From positions 682,001 to 746,000 of the forward strand of contig OZ251232.1 of assembly GCA_965240325.2 (NCBI GenBank): DNA of 64,000 nt. The letters run 5' to 3'. The stretch comes from Rebecca billardiae RCC1528 (Eukaryota; Protista; Haptophyta). Positions 23,401-36,400 of this stretch are shown here, in pieces. Numbering within the stretch: position 1 is the first letter of the stretch; each line of letters starts with the position of its first letter. The notes under the pieces were generated by a model. The model did no database searches and had not been told where the DNA came from. It was given only the letters and a program-made list of their open reading frames with translations. Made by a program: the position numbers and the translations under genes.

Positions 23401-24232
23401 CACGGCGGCGTGCACGCGGCGCACGAGCTCCGCAAAGTCCGTGCGCGGGCCCACGGCGCCGTCGACGCACAGCAGGTTGGTGACGAACCCGACGACGGCC
23501 GCCTCCGCGTCGGTGCGCTCGTTGCACGCAATCAGGCACGCGGCCGGCGCGCCGCGCGGCGAGAGGTAGCGCGAGACGAGGCCGAGGAAGGCCGCGAGCA
23601 GCGTCGTGTTGAGCGTCGCGCCCGCCGCCGCGCCGAGCGCGCGCACGCGCGCGAGCAGCGCGCGGTCGATCTCGAGCGGCGCCTGCCCGATCAGCTTGCG
23701 CGCGGCCTCGGACGCGGCACGCTCCTCCGCGGACGCGCCCGCGGGCGGCGCTGGCTTCTCGAGGGCGAGCTTGAGCTCGGGCAGCGGCAGCCCAGCCTCG
23801 CCGTACCGGCGGCGCCACGCGTCCCACTGGCCCGGGAAGCCGGCGCGCATCTCCGCCGCCTGCCGCGCGATGTAGCTCGCGTAGTCCACGCGCTGGTGCT
23901 CGAGCGCCCCGAGCGCCGCCTCGAGCGCGGCGTCCGCCTCCGCGCCCGCGTCGCGCCCCGCCGCCGCCGCCGCCGCCGCCGCCGCCATCATCGCGCGGTA
24001 CAGCGCCCAGAGCTCGTCGAAGAGAATCGAGACCGAGCCTCCGTCGTCGATCAGGTGGTGCAGGTTGAGCAGCAGCACGTGGTGCTGCGCGCCGAGCACG
24101 AGCAGCCGCGCGCGGAAGAGCGGGCCCTCGAACGGGTCCATGGGCAGCGCCGCCTCCTGCGCGTACGCGCGCGCCTCCGCCGCCGAGCGCGGACCGTCCG
24201 CGGACGCGGCGCGCGCGCCGCCGTCGTCGCCC

Positions 24233-24264
<32 letters not shown>

Positions 24265-27200
24265 CTCCGCGCTGAGGTCGTCCACGCGCAGCCACGCCTC
24301 GCGCGGGTACTCGGCCGCGTGCGGCGCCCACTGGTGCCACGTGTGCTTGTCGAAGCGCGTGCGCAGCTGCGCGTGCCGCCCGACCAGCGCCTCCAGGCCG
24401 CGCAGCAGCAGCGGCGCGCGCAGCGGCCCGAGCAGGCGCGTCGGCACGAGGTAGCCGTATGTGAGCTCGCCCTCCTGCTCGAGCATCTCGCGCACCGTCT
24501 GCAGCAGGTAGTACTGCTGCACCGACGGCGGCATCAACGGCTGCGCGCACCAGCCGGACGCGGCCGCGGACCCGCCGCCGCCACCCGCGCCGCCGGGCGG
24601 CGGAGCGCTCGGGCCGTCCGCGCGCGCGAGCGCGCCGCCGCCGGCCGGCCCGGCGGCGCTCGCGGCGACGGCCATCTCCGGGAGCGGCGGCGGCCGGCCG
24701 TCCGCGCCCGCCGCGCCGCGCGCGCCGCCCCAGATCGCCGCCCTCGCGCGCGCGGCCGTCGGCAGGTAGGGCCTCGCGGCCGCGCTCGCGCTGTGAGCCG
24801 GGTCGCCGGGCGCGGAGCGGAAGCGCTGCAGCGGCGGCAGCGGCGCGGCGGCGGCGGCGGCGGCACGTCGGCCGAGCGCGGCCGCCGAGTCGGCCGCGCT
24901 CCCGCCCGCCGACGCCGCGCCCCCGCCGTTTTGCAGCGCGCCCGCCGCGCCGCCGCCGCCGCCGTCGGCGCCGCCCCAGCGCGCGCCCGCGCTGCTCGCG
25001 CCGCCGTCCGAGGCCGCGGCCGAGCTGGGCGCGCGGACGAGGGCGACGACGGCGGAGTCGAGGCTGCTCTCGCGCGCGGCGAGCGGCGGCGGCGTGGCGG
25101 TCGGCTGGGACGCCGCCGAGCCGCCGCCGCCCGCCGCCGCCGCCGCCTCCGCCGCCGCGCGCGCCGCCGCCGCCGCCTCCTCCGCCGCCTCCGCCTCGGC
25201 CGCGTGCGCGTGCACAAACGCCGCGAGCGCGGACACGGAGTTGAGCGAGCCGCGGAGGACTGCGCGCATGGTGAGCGCAGTGCCGCACCGGCTGTTGAGC
25301 GCGCGCACGAGGGAGACCACGCCGAGCGAGTCGATGCCGAGCTGCACGAGCGTGCGCTCGGCGGGCGCGCCGCCGCCGGCCGCGCCCGCGCCCGCCGCCG
25401 CGGGCGCGCCGGCCGCCGCCGCGGCGCGGTCGTCAGCGCCACCGGCCTCGGCCGCGGCCGCGGGGGCGGCCGCGCCGCCATCCAGCTCGGCGCCGAGGTC
25501 GACATCGACCGGCAGCACCTGCGCGACGAGCGCGCTCACGAGCGCGTGCGCGTCCGCGAGCGAGCGCACGCTCTGCGCCGGCGGCAGCTCCCGCGCGCGC
25601 TCGCCGCCGGCCGCGGCGCGCTCGCCGGCCGCCGCGAGCGTGCCGCCGCCGCCGCCGTCGCCCCCAGCGGCGCGCCGCCCGGAGGCGCCGCCGCCGCCGC
25701 CGCCGCCGCCATCCGGTGGGCCGACGGCTGGCCAGGGGAAGCGCTGGCGCCGCCACTTCACCGGCTCAGCGTCCGCGTCCGCCTCGCTCCCGCGCGCGAA
25801 CGCGGGCACCCACTCCGCCTCGTCGCCATCGTGCCCGCCGGCGGCGGCGCCGAGCGCTGCCGCGTGCGCGTGCGCGTGCGCGTGCGCGTGCGCGAGTGCC
25901 TCGCCGCCGTCAGACTCGTGCGCGCCGCCCTCCGACGCGGCGTCGGCGTGCTCGGCGTCGGGCGCGCCGCCGTCCGCGCCGCCAGGCCCGCCGTGCTCGG
26001 GCGCGCTCAGCACCAGGTGCACGTTCGTGCCGCCCAGCCCGAAGCTGCTCAGGCCGATGTGCAGGGCAGAGCGCTCGGCGGCCGCGGCGGCCGCGCGCGC
26101 GCGCGCGGCCGCCGACGCGCCGCGCACGCGCACGCCGCCCTCGTGCAGCGCGTCGACGGCGGCGCTAAAGGCCGCGTCGGCGGGCTCGGCCTTGTCGAGC
26201 AGCGGCACGAGCAGCGGGCACGCGCCGCGCTCGCCCTCGAAGATCCGCCTCGCCATGTTGCACAGCGTCGGGTGCGGTCCGAGCTCGACACACACGCTCG
26301 CCCCCGCGCGCAGCAGCTCGCGCGCCGCGCCCTCAAAGTGCACGGGCTCGATGACGTGGCGCACCCAGTGCGACGGCTCGTGCGCCGCGCCGCACGCCTC
26401 CCAGCCGTCCGCGCCGCGCACGCACGAGACGAGCCGCGGACCCGCGCCGCGCGCGCGCGCAAAGCCGGCCGCGGCGGCCGCCGCGGCCGCGGCCGCGGGC
26501 GCGCGCCACTCGACGCGCCGCGCCGCCTCGGCAAAGGGCGCGAGCACCGGCGCCATCAGCGGCGAGTGGAACGCGTGCGAGACGTTGAGGAGGCGGTGCT
26601 TGGCGCCGACGCGCTCGACGAGCGCGCCGACCGCGCGCTCCGCGCCCGACACCGTCACCGCGCGCGCGCCGTTCACCGCTGCGAGCGAGAGCGCCAGCGG
26701 CGGCGGCGCGGCGCCGCGCTCGGCGCGCGCGCCCTCCGCCGCCATCGCCTCGATCGCCGCGCGCACCTCGGCGGCGGGCGCGAAGATGGCCGCCATCGCG
26801 CCGCCGGCGGGCAGCGCGTCGATCAGCTTGCACCGCGTGAGCACGAGCCGCACCGCGTCCGCCACGCCCAGCACGCCCGCCACCACCGCCGCCACGTACT
26901 CGCCCAGCGAGTGGCCGCACACAAGGTCGGGCACGCACCCGCGCGCCGCCAGCGCGCGCGCGAGGGCGTACTCGAGGGCGAAGAGGGCGGGCTGCGTGTA
27001 CCGCGTGCTGTCGAGGAGCGGCGGCGGCGGCGCGTGCGCCGCGGCGGCGGCGGCGGGCGCGGCGGCGGGCGGCGCGCTCGGCCCGCGCCGCGCCGCCCGC
27101 GCGGCGTCGCCCTCGTCCGCCCTGGGCGGCCCCTGGGCGCCCGCCTCCTCCTCCTCCTCATAGCCCAGCAGCTGCGTGAGGCGCACACCCTCGCCCAGGG

Positions 27201-28767
27201 CGCGCATCGCCGCGTCGCACTCGGCGATCGCCGCGCGGAAGGCCGGGTCCGTCCGGTGCAGCGCGCGGCCCATGCCCACGTGCTGCGTGCCCTGCCCGGG
27301 GAAGAGCCACGCGACGAGCGGCCGAGCTGCGCCCGCGCCCGCGCGCGGCAGCCGCGTCACGCGCGTCGGGAACTCGACCAGAGGGGGCGGCGAGGCGGCG
27401 CCCGCGCCGCCGCCGCCGCCGGCGGCTCCGTCGGCGTGCGTTGGCGGCTCGTCGGCCGCCACCGCCTCGAGCACGGCGGGCGCGAGCTGCGCCAGCCCGA
27501 CGGTGGGGAGCACCGCGCGCGCGGCCAGCTGCGCGCACACCTTGAGCAGTGCGGCCACGCCCGCCGCCGCCTCCAGGTTACCCACCGCGCCCTTGGCGGA
27601 GGAGACGAGCAGCGGGCGCGCGCGGCCGGCGCAGCCAAAGACTGCGCCGAGCGCGCCCGCCTCCGCCGCGTCGCCGAGCGCCGTGCCCGTCGCGTTCGCC
27701 TCGACGGCGGCGATCTGTGCGGGCGAGAGCTCTGCCGCGCCGAGCGCGCGGCGCAGCAGCTCCTGCTGCGCCGTGCCCGACGGCGCAATCAGCGTCAGCC
27801 CGTGCCCGTTGTGCCCGACCGCGCGCGCGCGCAGCGTGGCGAGCGCTCGGCCGCCCGCGCCGCCCGCGCCGCCCGCGCCGCCCGCGCCGCGCCGCAGCAC
27901 GAACAGCCCACAGCCCTCGGCGCGCACGTACCCGTCCCCGCGCGCGTCAAAGGGCAGCGCGCGCTCGGCGCGCGAGAGCAGCCCGAGCCCGCACAGCTCG
28001 GTGTACCGGCGCGGGTGCAGCAGCAGGTTCACGCCGCCCGCGAGCGCGAGCGCGCACCCACCGCCGTGCGCGCCGCCGCCGTGCTCGAGCGCGGAGGCGG
28101 CCAGGTCGAGCGCCACCGCCGTCGAGGAACACGCCGTGTCGACCGCCAGCGACGGCCCGTCGAGGCCGAGCGCGTAGGAGATGCGGTTGGCGCCGATCGA
28201 GGGCGTCTGGCCGAGCAGCGAGTGCGCGCCCACCGCCGCCCCGCCGTCCCGGCACACCTCCGCCCAGTCCGAGTTGCACAGGCCCACGAGCACGGCCGCG
28301 CGCGCGCCGCGCAGCTCGGCGCGTGCGTAGCCCGCGCGCGCCAGCGCCTCGACTGCGCACTCGAGCAGCAGGCGGTGTGCCGGGTCGACCGCGCCCGCCT
28401 CGAGCGGCGAGAGGCCGAACGCGCCCGCGTCGAAGCACTCCGCCGTGTCCGCGTCGAGAAAGTGGCCGGCGCGCGCGTACGCGAGCCCGGCGCCGCCGCC
28501 GTCGGCGCCGCCGCCGTCCGCGGCCGCGCGCGCCGCCCACGCGTCCGCGTCCCAGCGCGAGGGCGGCGCGGGCCCGAGCCCGCTCGGCGCGTGCGCGCTG
28601 AACGCGCGCCACGCGCCCTTCAGGCTGCGCACGCCGCCCGGCAGCCGCACGGCGTACCCGACGATCTGAACGGCAGAGCCGCCGCCCGGCGCGCCCGCGC
28701 CTCCGCCCGCCGCGGCGCGGCGCGCGAGGCTGTGCGCCGGCTCGGTGGCGGGGAGTGGCGCGGGCGC

Positions 28768-28799
<32 letters not shown>

Positions 28800-30544
28800 G
28801 GCCGAGCCTCCGCTCGAGGAATGCGCACAGCGCCCGGGGCGTGGGGTGGTCGAAGATGGCTGCCGCGGGCACGCTCACGCCCAGCCTCGCGCGCAGCAGC
28901 GTGCGCAGCTCGATCAGAGCGAGCGAGTCGAGCCCGCCCTCGGCGAAGGTGGCGTCGGCGTCGAGCGGCGCACCGGTGAGCTCGGCAACCGCCGCGCGCA
29001 GGGACTCGGCCACGCCCCCCGCGGCGGCGGCGGCGGGCGGCTCGGCTCGGCTCGCGGCCTCGGCCGCGTCGGCCGCGCCGCCGCGCGCGCGCGCGCCCTC
29101 GCCGCCTCGTCCGTCCACCGCCGCGAAGCGCGCGAGCCTCGGCCGGCCGCGCGTGTACGCGGCCCAGTCGACGTGCGCGACCGCCACGCCGTGCAGCCCG
29201 TCGTCGAGCGCGGCGCCCAGAGCGCCGAGCATCAGCTCGGGCGCGACGGCGCCGAGGCCGCGCCGCGCCAGCGCAACATCCGCGCCGGTGCGCGCGCCCA
29301 TGCCGACGTGTGACACGGCGCCCAGCTGGAGCGAGCACGCCGGCAGGCCGGCGTCGGCGCGCGCGCCCGCGAGCGCGTCCAGCGCCGCGTTGGCTGCCGA
29401 GTAGTTGGCCTGGCCGGGCGCGCCGAGCGTCGAGGACACGGATGAGACCAGGACAAAGGCCGAGAGCTCGAGGCGGCAGCTCAGGCTGGCGGCGTGCCAC
29501 AGGTAGGCGCCGTGCGCCTTGGCGCCCCACACCGCCGACATCGACGCGCTGTCCTGCGCGCCCAGCGTGCCGTCCGCCAGCACGCCCGCCGCGTGCACGA
29601 TGCCCCGCACCGGCGGCGCGGCCGGCTTCGCGGCGCGCGCCGTCGCCAGCGCGGCGCGCACGTCGGCGGCGCGCGCGCAGTCGCAGCGGGCGTGCAGCAC
29701 GCGCGCGCCCGAGCGCGCCAGCCGCGCCCAGTCCGCCTCCGAGCCCGCAGGCACGCGCCCCGAGCGCGAGGCAAGCAGCACGCAGCGCACGCCCACGCTC
29801 TCGACCAGCCAGCACGCGATGCGCAGACCGAGGCCGCCCGTGCCGCCTGACACCACCCACGTGCCCGCGGCGCCGCTCTCGCGCCACGCGCGCGCGCCGA
29901 CGTGACCGCCGCCGTCCCCGCCGCTGGGCGCGGCGGCGGGCGCGCCGAGCGCGCGCGCCGGCCGGCACGGCACGAGCCGCGCGCACCACAGCTCACCCCC
30001 CCGCTCGGCCAACTCATGCTCGGCGAGCGCGCGCGTGGCCACACCCGCAGGCGTGCCCGCCGCGCCGCCCGGCGCCTCCGCGCGCGCCTCGAGCAGCGCG
30101 AGAGCGCGCAGCAGCGTGGCCGGCCGCACGGCGGCGGCGCGCGAATCGTCACCGTCACCGCCGTCGCCACCGCCGTCACCGCCGCCGCCGCCGCCGCCAC
30201 GGCCGCGGGGCGGCAGCTCGAGGTCGAGCGCGGCGGCGCGCAGCTCGGGCACCTCGGCGCGCGCCGAGCGGAGGAGGCCCCACGCGCCCCCGTGCAGCGC
30301 GCTCGAAGCGGAGCACGGCGCACGCGCGGCCGGCCCGGCGGGCGCGGCGGCGCGCACGCGCTGCGTGCCCGCGGTGAGGACGAGCAGCGGAGGCGGGCGC
30401 GGCGCGCCGCCGCCCTCGGCCGCGAGCGCGCCCTCCGCGAGCGCCTGCACGAGCCTCAGCAGCTCCTGCGCGCACAGCAGCGAGCACCGCGCGGCCGCCT
30501 CGTCCGCCTCCGCCTCGGCCTCCGCCTCCGCCTCGGCAGCGTCC

Positions 30545-30581
<37 letters not shown>

Positions 30582-33456
30582 GCCGCGCGGCCAGCGACGC
30601 CCCTCGCTCCGCGCGCGCCAGCTCGGCCGGGCGCGCATACACGACACCGTCCCAGGGAGCGGCGCTGTCCGAGCGCAGCAGCGCCTCGAGCGCGGCCGAG
30701 AGCGCCTCCGCCGGCGCGTCCGGGTCGGGCGGCGCGCGGCGCACGAGCTCGACGGCGCCCGCTCCGGCGCCGGCGCCCCACGCCGCGCCCTTGCCCTCGA
30801 CCCCGCCGCCCGCCACGACCGCATCAGACGCGGCAAGCAGCAGCAGCCTGCGCCGCGGCGGCCGCGCTGCTTGGGCGCCGTCGGCGCCGCCGTTGAGTGG
30901 CGCGGCGGGCGGCGGCGGCGGCGGCGGGTGCTCGCCCTGCGGCACGCGGCGCCACTCGACGTGCCACAGCGCGCCCTCCAGGGCGGGCTGCTGCGGCGGC
31001 TGCTGCTGCGGCGGCGGCGCGGCCGTGGCCGTGCCGGCGGCGCCGTCTGCCGCGGCGGCGGGCGCGGCGGCCATCGCGCCGTCGGGGGCCGCCGCCGCCG
31101 TGGACGGCGCCGCGCCGAGTGCCGCGTGCGCCGCGGCGCTCGTCGCGGCGGGCTCCGCACCCCGCGGCGGCGGCGGCGCGTCCTCGCGCGCGCCCTCGAC
31201 AAACTGCGCCCACGGGTACGGCTGCCGCTCGAGCGAGGGCGCCGGGCGCGCGTCGAGCGCGGCGGCGAACGCGCCACAGCCGAGCGCGGCCGCGCCGCCC
31301 GCGCGCGCGGCCGCCGCGCGCCCCTCGCCCTCCGCCGCGGCCGCGGCGGCATCGGCGGCGGCGGCGGGCGTCGTCGCGCTCGGCGGCGGCGGCGGCGGCG
31401 GGGCGCACGCGCGCAGGATCACGTGCGCATTCGTGCCGCCGAAGCCAAACGACGAGACGCCGCCGACGAGCGGCACGCCGGCGCGCGTCGGCGCGCCGTC
31501 CGCGCGCGGCGCCGGCAGCCGCACCGGCGCCTTGGGCAGGCACACGTCAAACCCATGCAGGTTGAGCCCGGGGTTGACGGTTTGCAGCCCGCCGAGCGGC
31601 GCGGCCACGCCCTCGCCGAGCGTGAGGATCAGCTTGAGCAGGCCCGCCGCGCCCGCCGCGCCCTCGAGGTGGCCGATCGCCGTCTTCGCCGAGCCGAGCA
31701 CGAGCGCGCCCGCGCCCGAGCGCGGCGGGCGCGCGCCGCCCGCGCCGCCGCCGGCCGGCTCGGCGGCGCCGCCGCCGCCGCCGCCGCCAAAGACCGCGCG
31801 CAGCGCCTCGAACTCGATGACGTCGCCGAGCCGCGTGCCGGAGCCGTGCGCCTCGACGTAGTCCACGCCCGCCGGCGCCAGCCGCGCGTCCTCCAGCGCC
31901 GCGCGGATCACCGCCTGCTGCGCCGGCCCGTTGGGCGCGGTGAGCGTGGCCGAGCGCCCGTCCTGGTTTGTCGCGCAGCCGGCGAGCTCGGCGAGCGCTC
32001 CGGTGGGCGCGGCGGGCTGGGTGCCGCCGGACTCGGGCGCGAGGACGAGCGCGCCCGCGCCCTCGCCGCGCACGTACCCGTCCGCGCCCGCGTCGAACGT
32101 CGCGTTCCGCCCCGCGCGCGAGAGCATGTGCGCCTTGGCGAAGGCCACGAACAGGTGCGGCGTGAGGCACACGTTCACGCCGCCCACGAGCGCCGCGCCG
32201 CACGCGGACGCGCGGAGCTGCGCGGCGGCGAGCTGCGCGGCGACGAGCGAGGAGGAGCACGCGGTGTCGACGGTCAGCGCCGGCCCGGTGAGGCCGAGCG
32301 CGTACGCCACGCGGTTCGAGATGAGCGACAGCGAGAAGCCCGAGTGGCCGGTGCCTGAGAAGGCGCCCGCGCCCATCCGCGCTGCGAGCAGCGGCCAGTC
32401 GTTGGAGCACGCGCCCGCAAACACGCCGACGGGCGCGCCGGACAGCTGCTCGCGCGAGTAGCCGGCGGAGAGCAGGGCCGCGTGGCTCACCTCGAGGAAG
32501 AGCCGCTGCTTCGGGTCCATGCACGCCGCCTCGCGCCGGCCGATCCCCCAGACCGCCCCGTCGAAGCACTCGGCACTCTCCAGGAACGCGCCGTGCCGCG
32601 CGTACGCCTTGCCCGGCGCTGCGTCGTCCGGGTCGTAGTGCGCGCCGTGCGCCCAGCGAGAGGCGGGCACCTCGGTGACCGCGCTGCCGCCGTCGAGGAG
32701 CAGCTGCCAGAACGCGCGCAGCGACGAGGCGGAGCCGGGCAGCAGCGCCGCCACGCCGAGCACACGCAGCGCGGCCGGCGCGGCCGGCGCGCCGCTGCCG
32801 CCCGCGCCGCCCGCGCCCACGAGCGCGCCGCCGAGCGGCGGCGCCGCGCCGAGCGTCGCGAGGTGCGCGGCGAGCGCGCGCGCCGTCGGGTAGTCGAACA
32901 CGGCCGAGCCGGGCAGCGACACGCCCAGCCGCTCGCTCAGCTGCCGCCCGAACTCGATCGAGCCGAACGAGTCGACGCCCGCGCCGACGAGCGACTCGTC
33001 TGGCCCGGGCGGCGCGGCCGCGCCCGTCACCGCCACAACCACCTCGCCGATGGCGCGCAGCAGCGCGGCGAGCGCGCCGCCGCCCGCCGACTCGGCCGCG
33101 GGCTCGGCCGCCGCGAGCCGCGCGGCCGGGCCCGCGCCCGCTCCGCCTCCGCCCGCGCCGCCCGCGCCCGCGAGCGCGCCGCCGAGCGGCGGCGCCGCGC
33201 CGAGCGTCGCGAGGTGCGCGGCGAGCGCGCGCGCCGTCGGGTAGTCGAACACGGCCGAGCCGGGCAGTGACACGCCCAGCCGCTCGCTCAGCTGCCGACC
33301 GAACTCGATCGAGCCGAACGAGTCGACGCCCGCGCCGACGAGCGACTCGTCTGGCCCGGGCGGCGCGGCCGCGCCCGTCACCGCCACCACCACCTCGCCG
33401 ATGGCGCGCAGCAGCGCGGCGTGCGCGCCGCCGCCCGCCGCCGCCGCCGCCGCGCC

Positions 33457-33487
<31 letters not shown>

Positions 33488-36400
33488 CCGACACCGATGC
33501 CGGCCGCACCGGAGGCGGGCAGCGCGGCGGCGGCCTCGCACCGCGCGCGCGTGAGCGAGCCGCGCGGCGTCGCCGCCGAGCGCGCAAACGCCGCCCAGTC
33601 CGCCACGGGGAAGACCCCGACGACAGCGTCCGCGAGCGCGGCGGCGGCGCCGCCGGGCGGCGGCGCGGCAGGCGCGGCGCCTGCCGACCCGCGGGCGCGC
33701 GGCGGCGCCTGCGCGCGCGCGAGCCCGCCGAGCGCGCCGAGCGCGCTGTGCGGCTGCATGAAGGCCATGCCCTGCGCGCGCCAGTAGGCCTCAAAGCGCG
33801 CGCCGAGCGAGTGCGCCATCCCCGCCTCCGCCCACAGCCCCCAGTTGACCGTCAGCGCGGGCAACCCGCGCGCGCGCCGCCACGCGCCCAGCCCGTCCTG
33901 GAAGCCGTTGGCCGCGGCGTAGTGCGTGAGCTGCGCGTACCCCAGCTGCGCGTACACGGAGGAAAACTGCACAAAGTGCTGCAGCGGCGCGCCCACGCGC
34001 GCGCACGCCGCGTGCAGCGCGAGCGAGCCGCGCACCTTGGGCCTGAGCACGCGCAGCACGTCGGACCAGCGCTGCGCGCCCAGCGTGCCGTCGCCGAGGA
34101 CGCCCGCCAGGTGCAGCACCGCGCGGATGGGCGGCCCGGCGGCGTGCGCGGCCGAGAGCGCGGCGCAGAGGGCCGCCTCGTCCGCCACGTCCACGCGCGC
34201 CACGCGCACGACCACGCCGCGCGCGCGCGCACGCGCCACCGCCGCCGCCGCGCCTTCCGGCTGCTGCGGCGGCTGCGGCGGCTGCGGCTGCTGCTGTGGC
34301 TGCTGCGGCGGCTGCGGCTGCTGCGGCGGCTGCGGCGGCTGCTGCGGCTCCTCCGCCTCGGGCAGCCCACGGCGCGCGAGGAGGAGGAGGTGGCGCGCGC
34401 CGCACGCGTCGACCAGCCACGCAATCAGCCGAGCGCCGATCCCGCCGGTGGCGCCCGAGACGACCACCGTGCCCTCGGCCGCGCCGAACAGCGGCGCGCG
34501 CTCGGCCGACGCGGCCCGCACGGCCGCGCGCTCGGCCGCGCTCAGCGCGACCAGCCGCGGCGCGCGCCACGCGCCGCGCCGCACGGCCAACTCATCCTCC
34601 GCGGAGGCGGCGTCGGCTGAGGGGCGCGCCCCGCCGCTGCCGCCGGCGGTGGCCTCGTCGGCAGCGGCGGCGGCTGCCGCGCCGCCCGCGCCGCGCGCGG
34701 GCGCCGTGGCCGCGCCGCCCACCATGCCGCCGAGCAGCCGCGCCGCCCACGCCGCGCACAGCTCCGCGTCCGCGCCCGGGCAGAGGTCGAGAGAGCGCAC
34801 GCCGCCGCACGCGCCCGCGCCGCGCGGGCGCTCGCGGCGCAGCGCGCGCGCCGCGGCCCACAGCGCCGCGCCGGGCGGCGAGGGCGCGTGCACGTCGCCG
34901 CCCAGCGCGTGCGCGCCGCGCGTGAGCAGCAGCAGCGGCGCCGCACACGAGGTGCGCTCGAGCGCGCGCGCCAGCGGCAGCAGTGCGCGCAGCCACGCGT
35001 GTGCGCGCGCCTCCATCGCACGCGCCGCGCTCGCCTCCGCCTCCGCCGCCGCCTCCGCCTCCGCCTCCGCCTCGGCGGCGCCCGCCGACGCGAGGGCAGC
35101 TGGCGCGTGGGCCTGCGGCGGCGGCGCCTTGCCACCACCGCCGCCGCCGCCATCGCTGCCGTCGCGCAGCGCGTCGAGTGCTGGCAGGGCGAAGACAAGC
35201 CCGCACACGGCGCCGCCGCCGCCCGCGCCGAGCGCGCTCGCGAGCGCCTCCGCCATCGCCGCGTCCGGCGCGTCGTCCTCGTCGTCGGCGGCTGCGCCAG
35301 CACCGCCCGCGCTCGCGCCCGCGGCCGGTGCGGCCGCGAGCGCGGCGGCCGCGCCGCCGGCAGCGGCCGGCGGCGCGCGCGCGCACGGCACGCACCGCAC
35401 GCGCACGCGCGCCGGGCTGAGCGCAGCCCCGAGCGCTCGCACAAAGGCAGCCTCTGGCCCGGGTTCGGCCGCGCCGGGCTCGGCCGCGCCCAGCAGCAGC
35501 ACCGTGCGCCAGCCCGCCCCGACGCCGTCGTCGTCGTCGCCGCCGCCGCCGCCCGCGGCGTCCGCGCCGGCGTGCGCGCGCGCGCCCCGCGCGCCGTCGT
35601 CGCGCGCGCCATCGTGCTCGGCCGCGCCCGGCGGCGGCGGCAGCGGCGGCGGCGGCGGCACTGGCTCCCAGGAGACGCGCTGCAGGGCCGAGTCGGCGAA
35701 CGCCTCGGGCACGGCGTACGCCGACGGCGGCGCGGGCTCGGCCGCGCCGCCGCGCTCGGATCCCGCCGCGGCACGGCCGCCGCCGCCGCCGCCGCCGGCG
35801 GTCGGCGTCAGCGTCTGCGCCGAGTGCAGCGGCTGCTGCTGCGCGCCGCCGCCGCCGCCGCCGCTGTGCTGCTGCTGCCGCGCGTGCGCCTCGCGCAGCG
35901 CCGCCTTGCGCACCTTGCCCGAGCCGGTGAGCGGCAGCGCGGGCACGAACTCGACGATGGCGGGCAGCTTGTACCGCGCGAGCCGCTCCGCACAGAACTG
36001 CGTGAGCCCCGCGCGGCTCGGCGGCGCGGCCGGGTCGGTCGGCACGAGCACCGCCTTGACCAGCTCGCCCAGCGTGCCGTGAGGGTCTGGCACGCCGATC
36101 ACCGCCGCCTCGGCCACGCCGGCGTGCGCCGCGAGCACGCGCTCCACCTCGGCCGCGTACACGTTCTCGCCGCCGAAGAGGATCATGTCCTTCTTCCGGT
36201 CGACGATGCGCAGCGAGCCGTCCGGGCGCACGGCGCCGAGGTCGCCTGTGGCGAACCAGCCGTCCCTGAAGGCCTCGGCGGTGGCGAGCGGGTTGGCTCG
36301 GTACCCGTCACAGAGCGAGGGCGAGCGCAGCCAGACCTCGCCGGGCTGCTCGCCGTCCGCGGCGACCTCGCGGCCGTCGTCGCCGAGCACGCGCACGCAC

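Noticed and set aside
32820-33420. Tandem ACPs as a beta-branching signal
   Set aside because: The Trp flag six residues after the Ser is Phe, and no HMGS/ECH domains are seen in the window.
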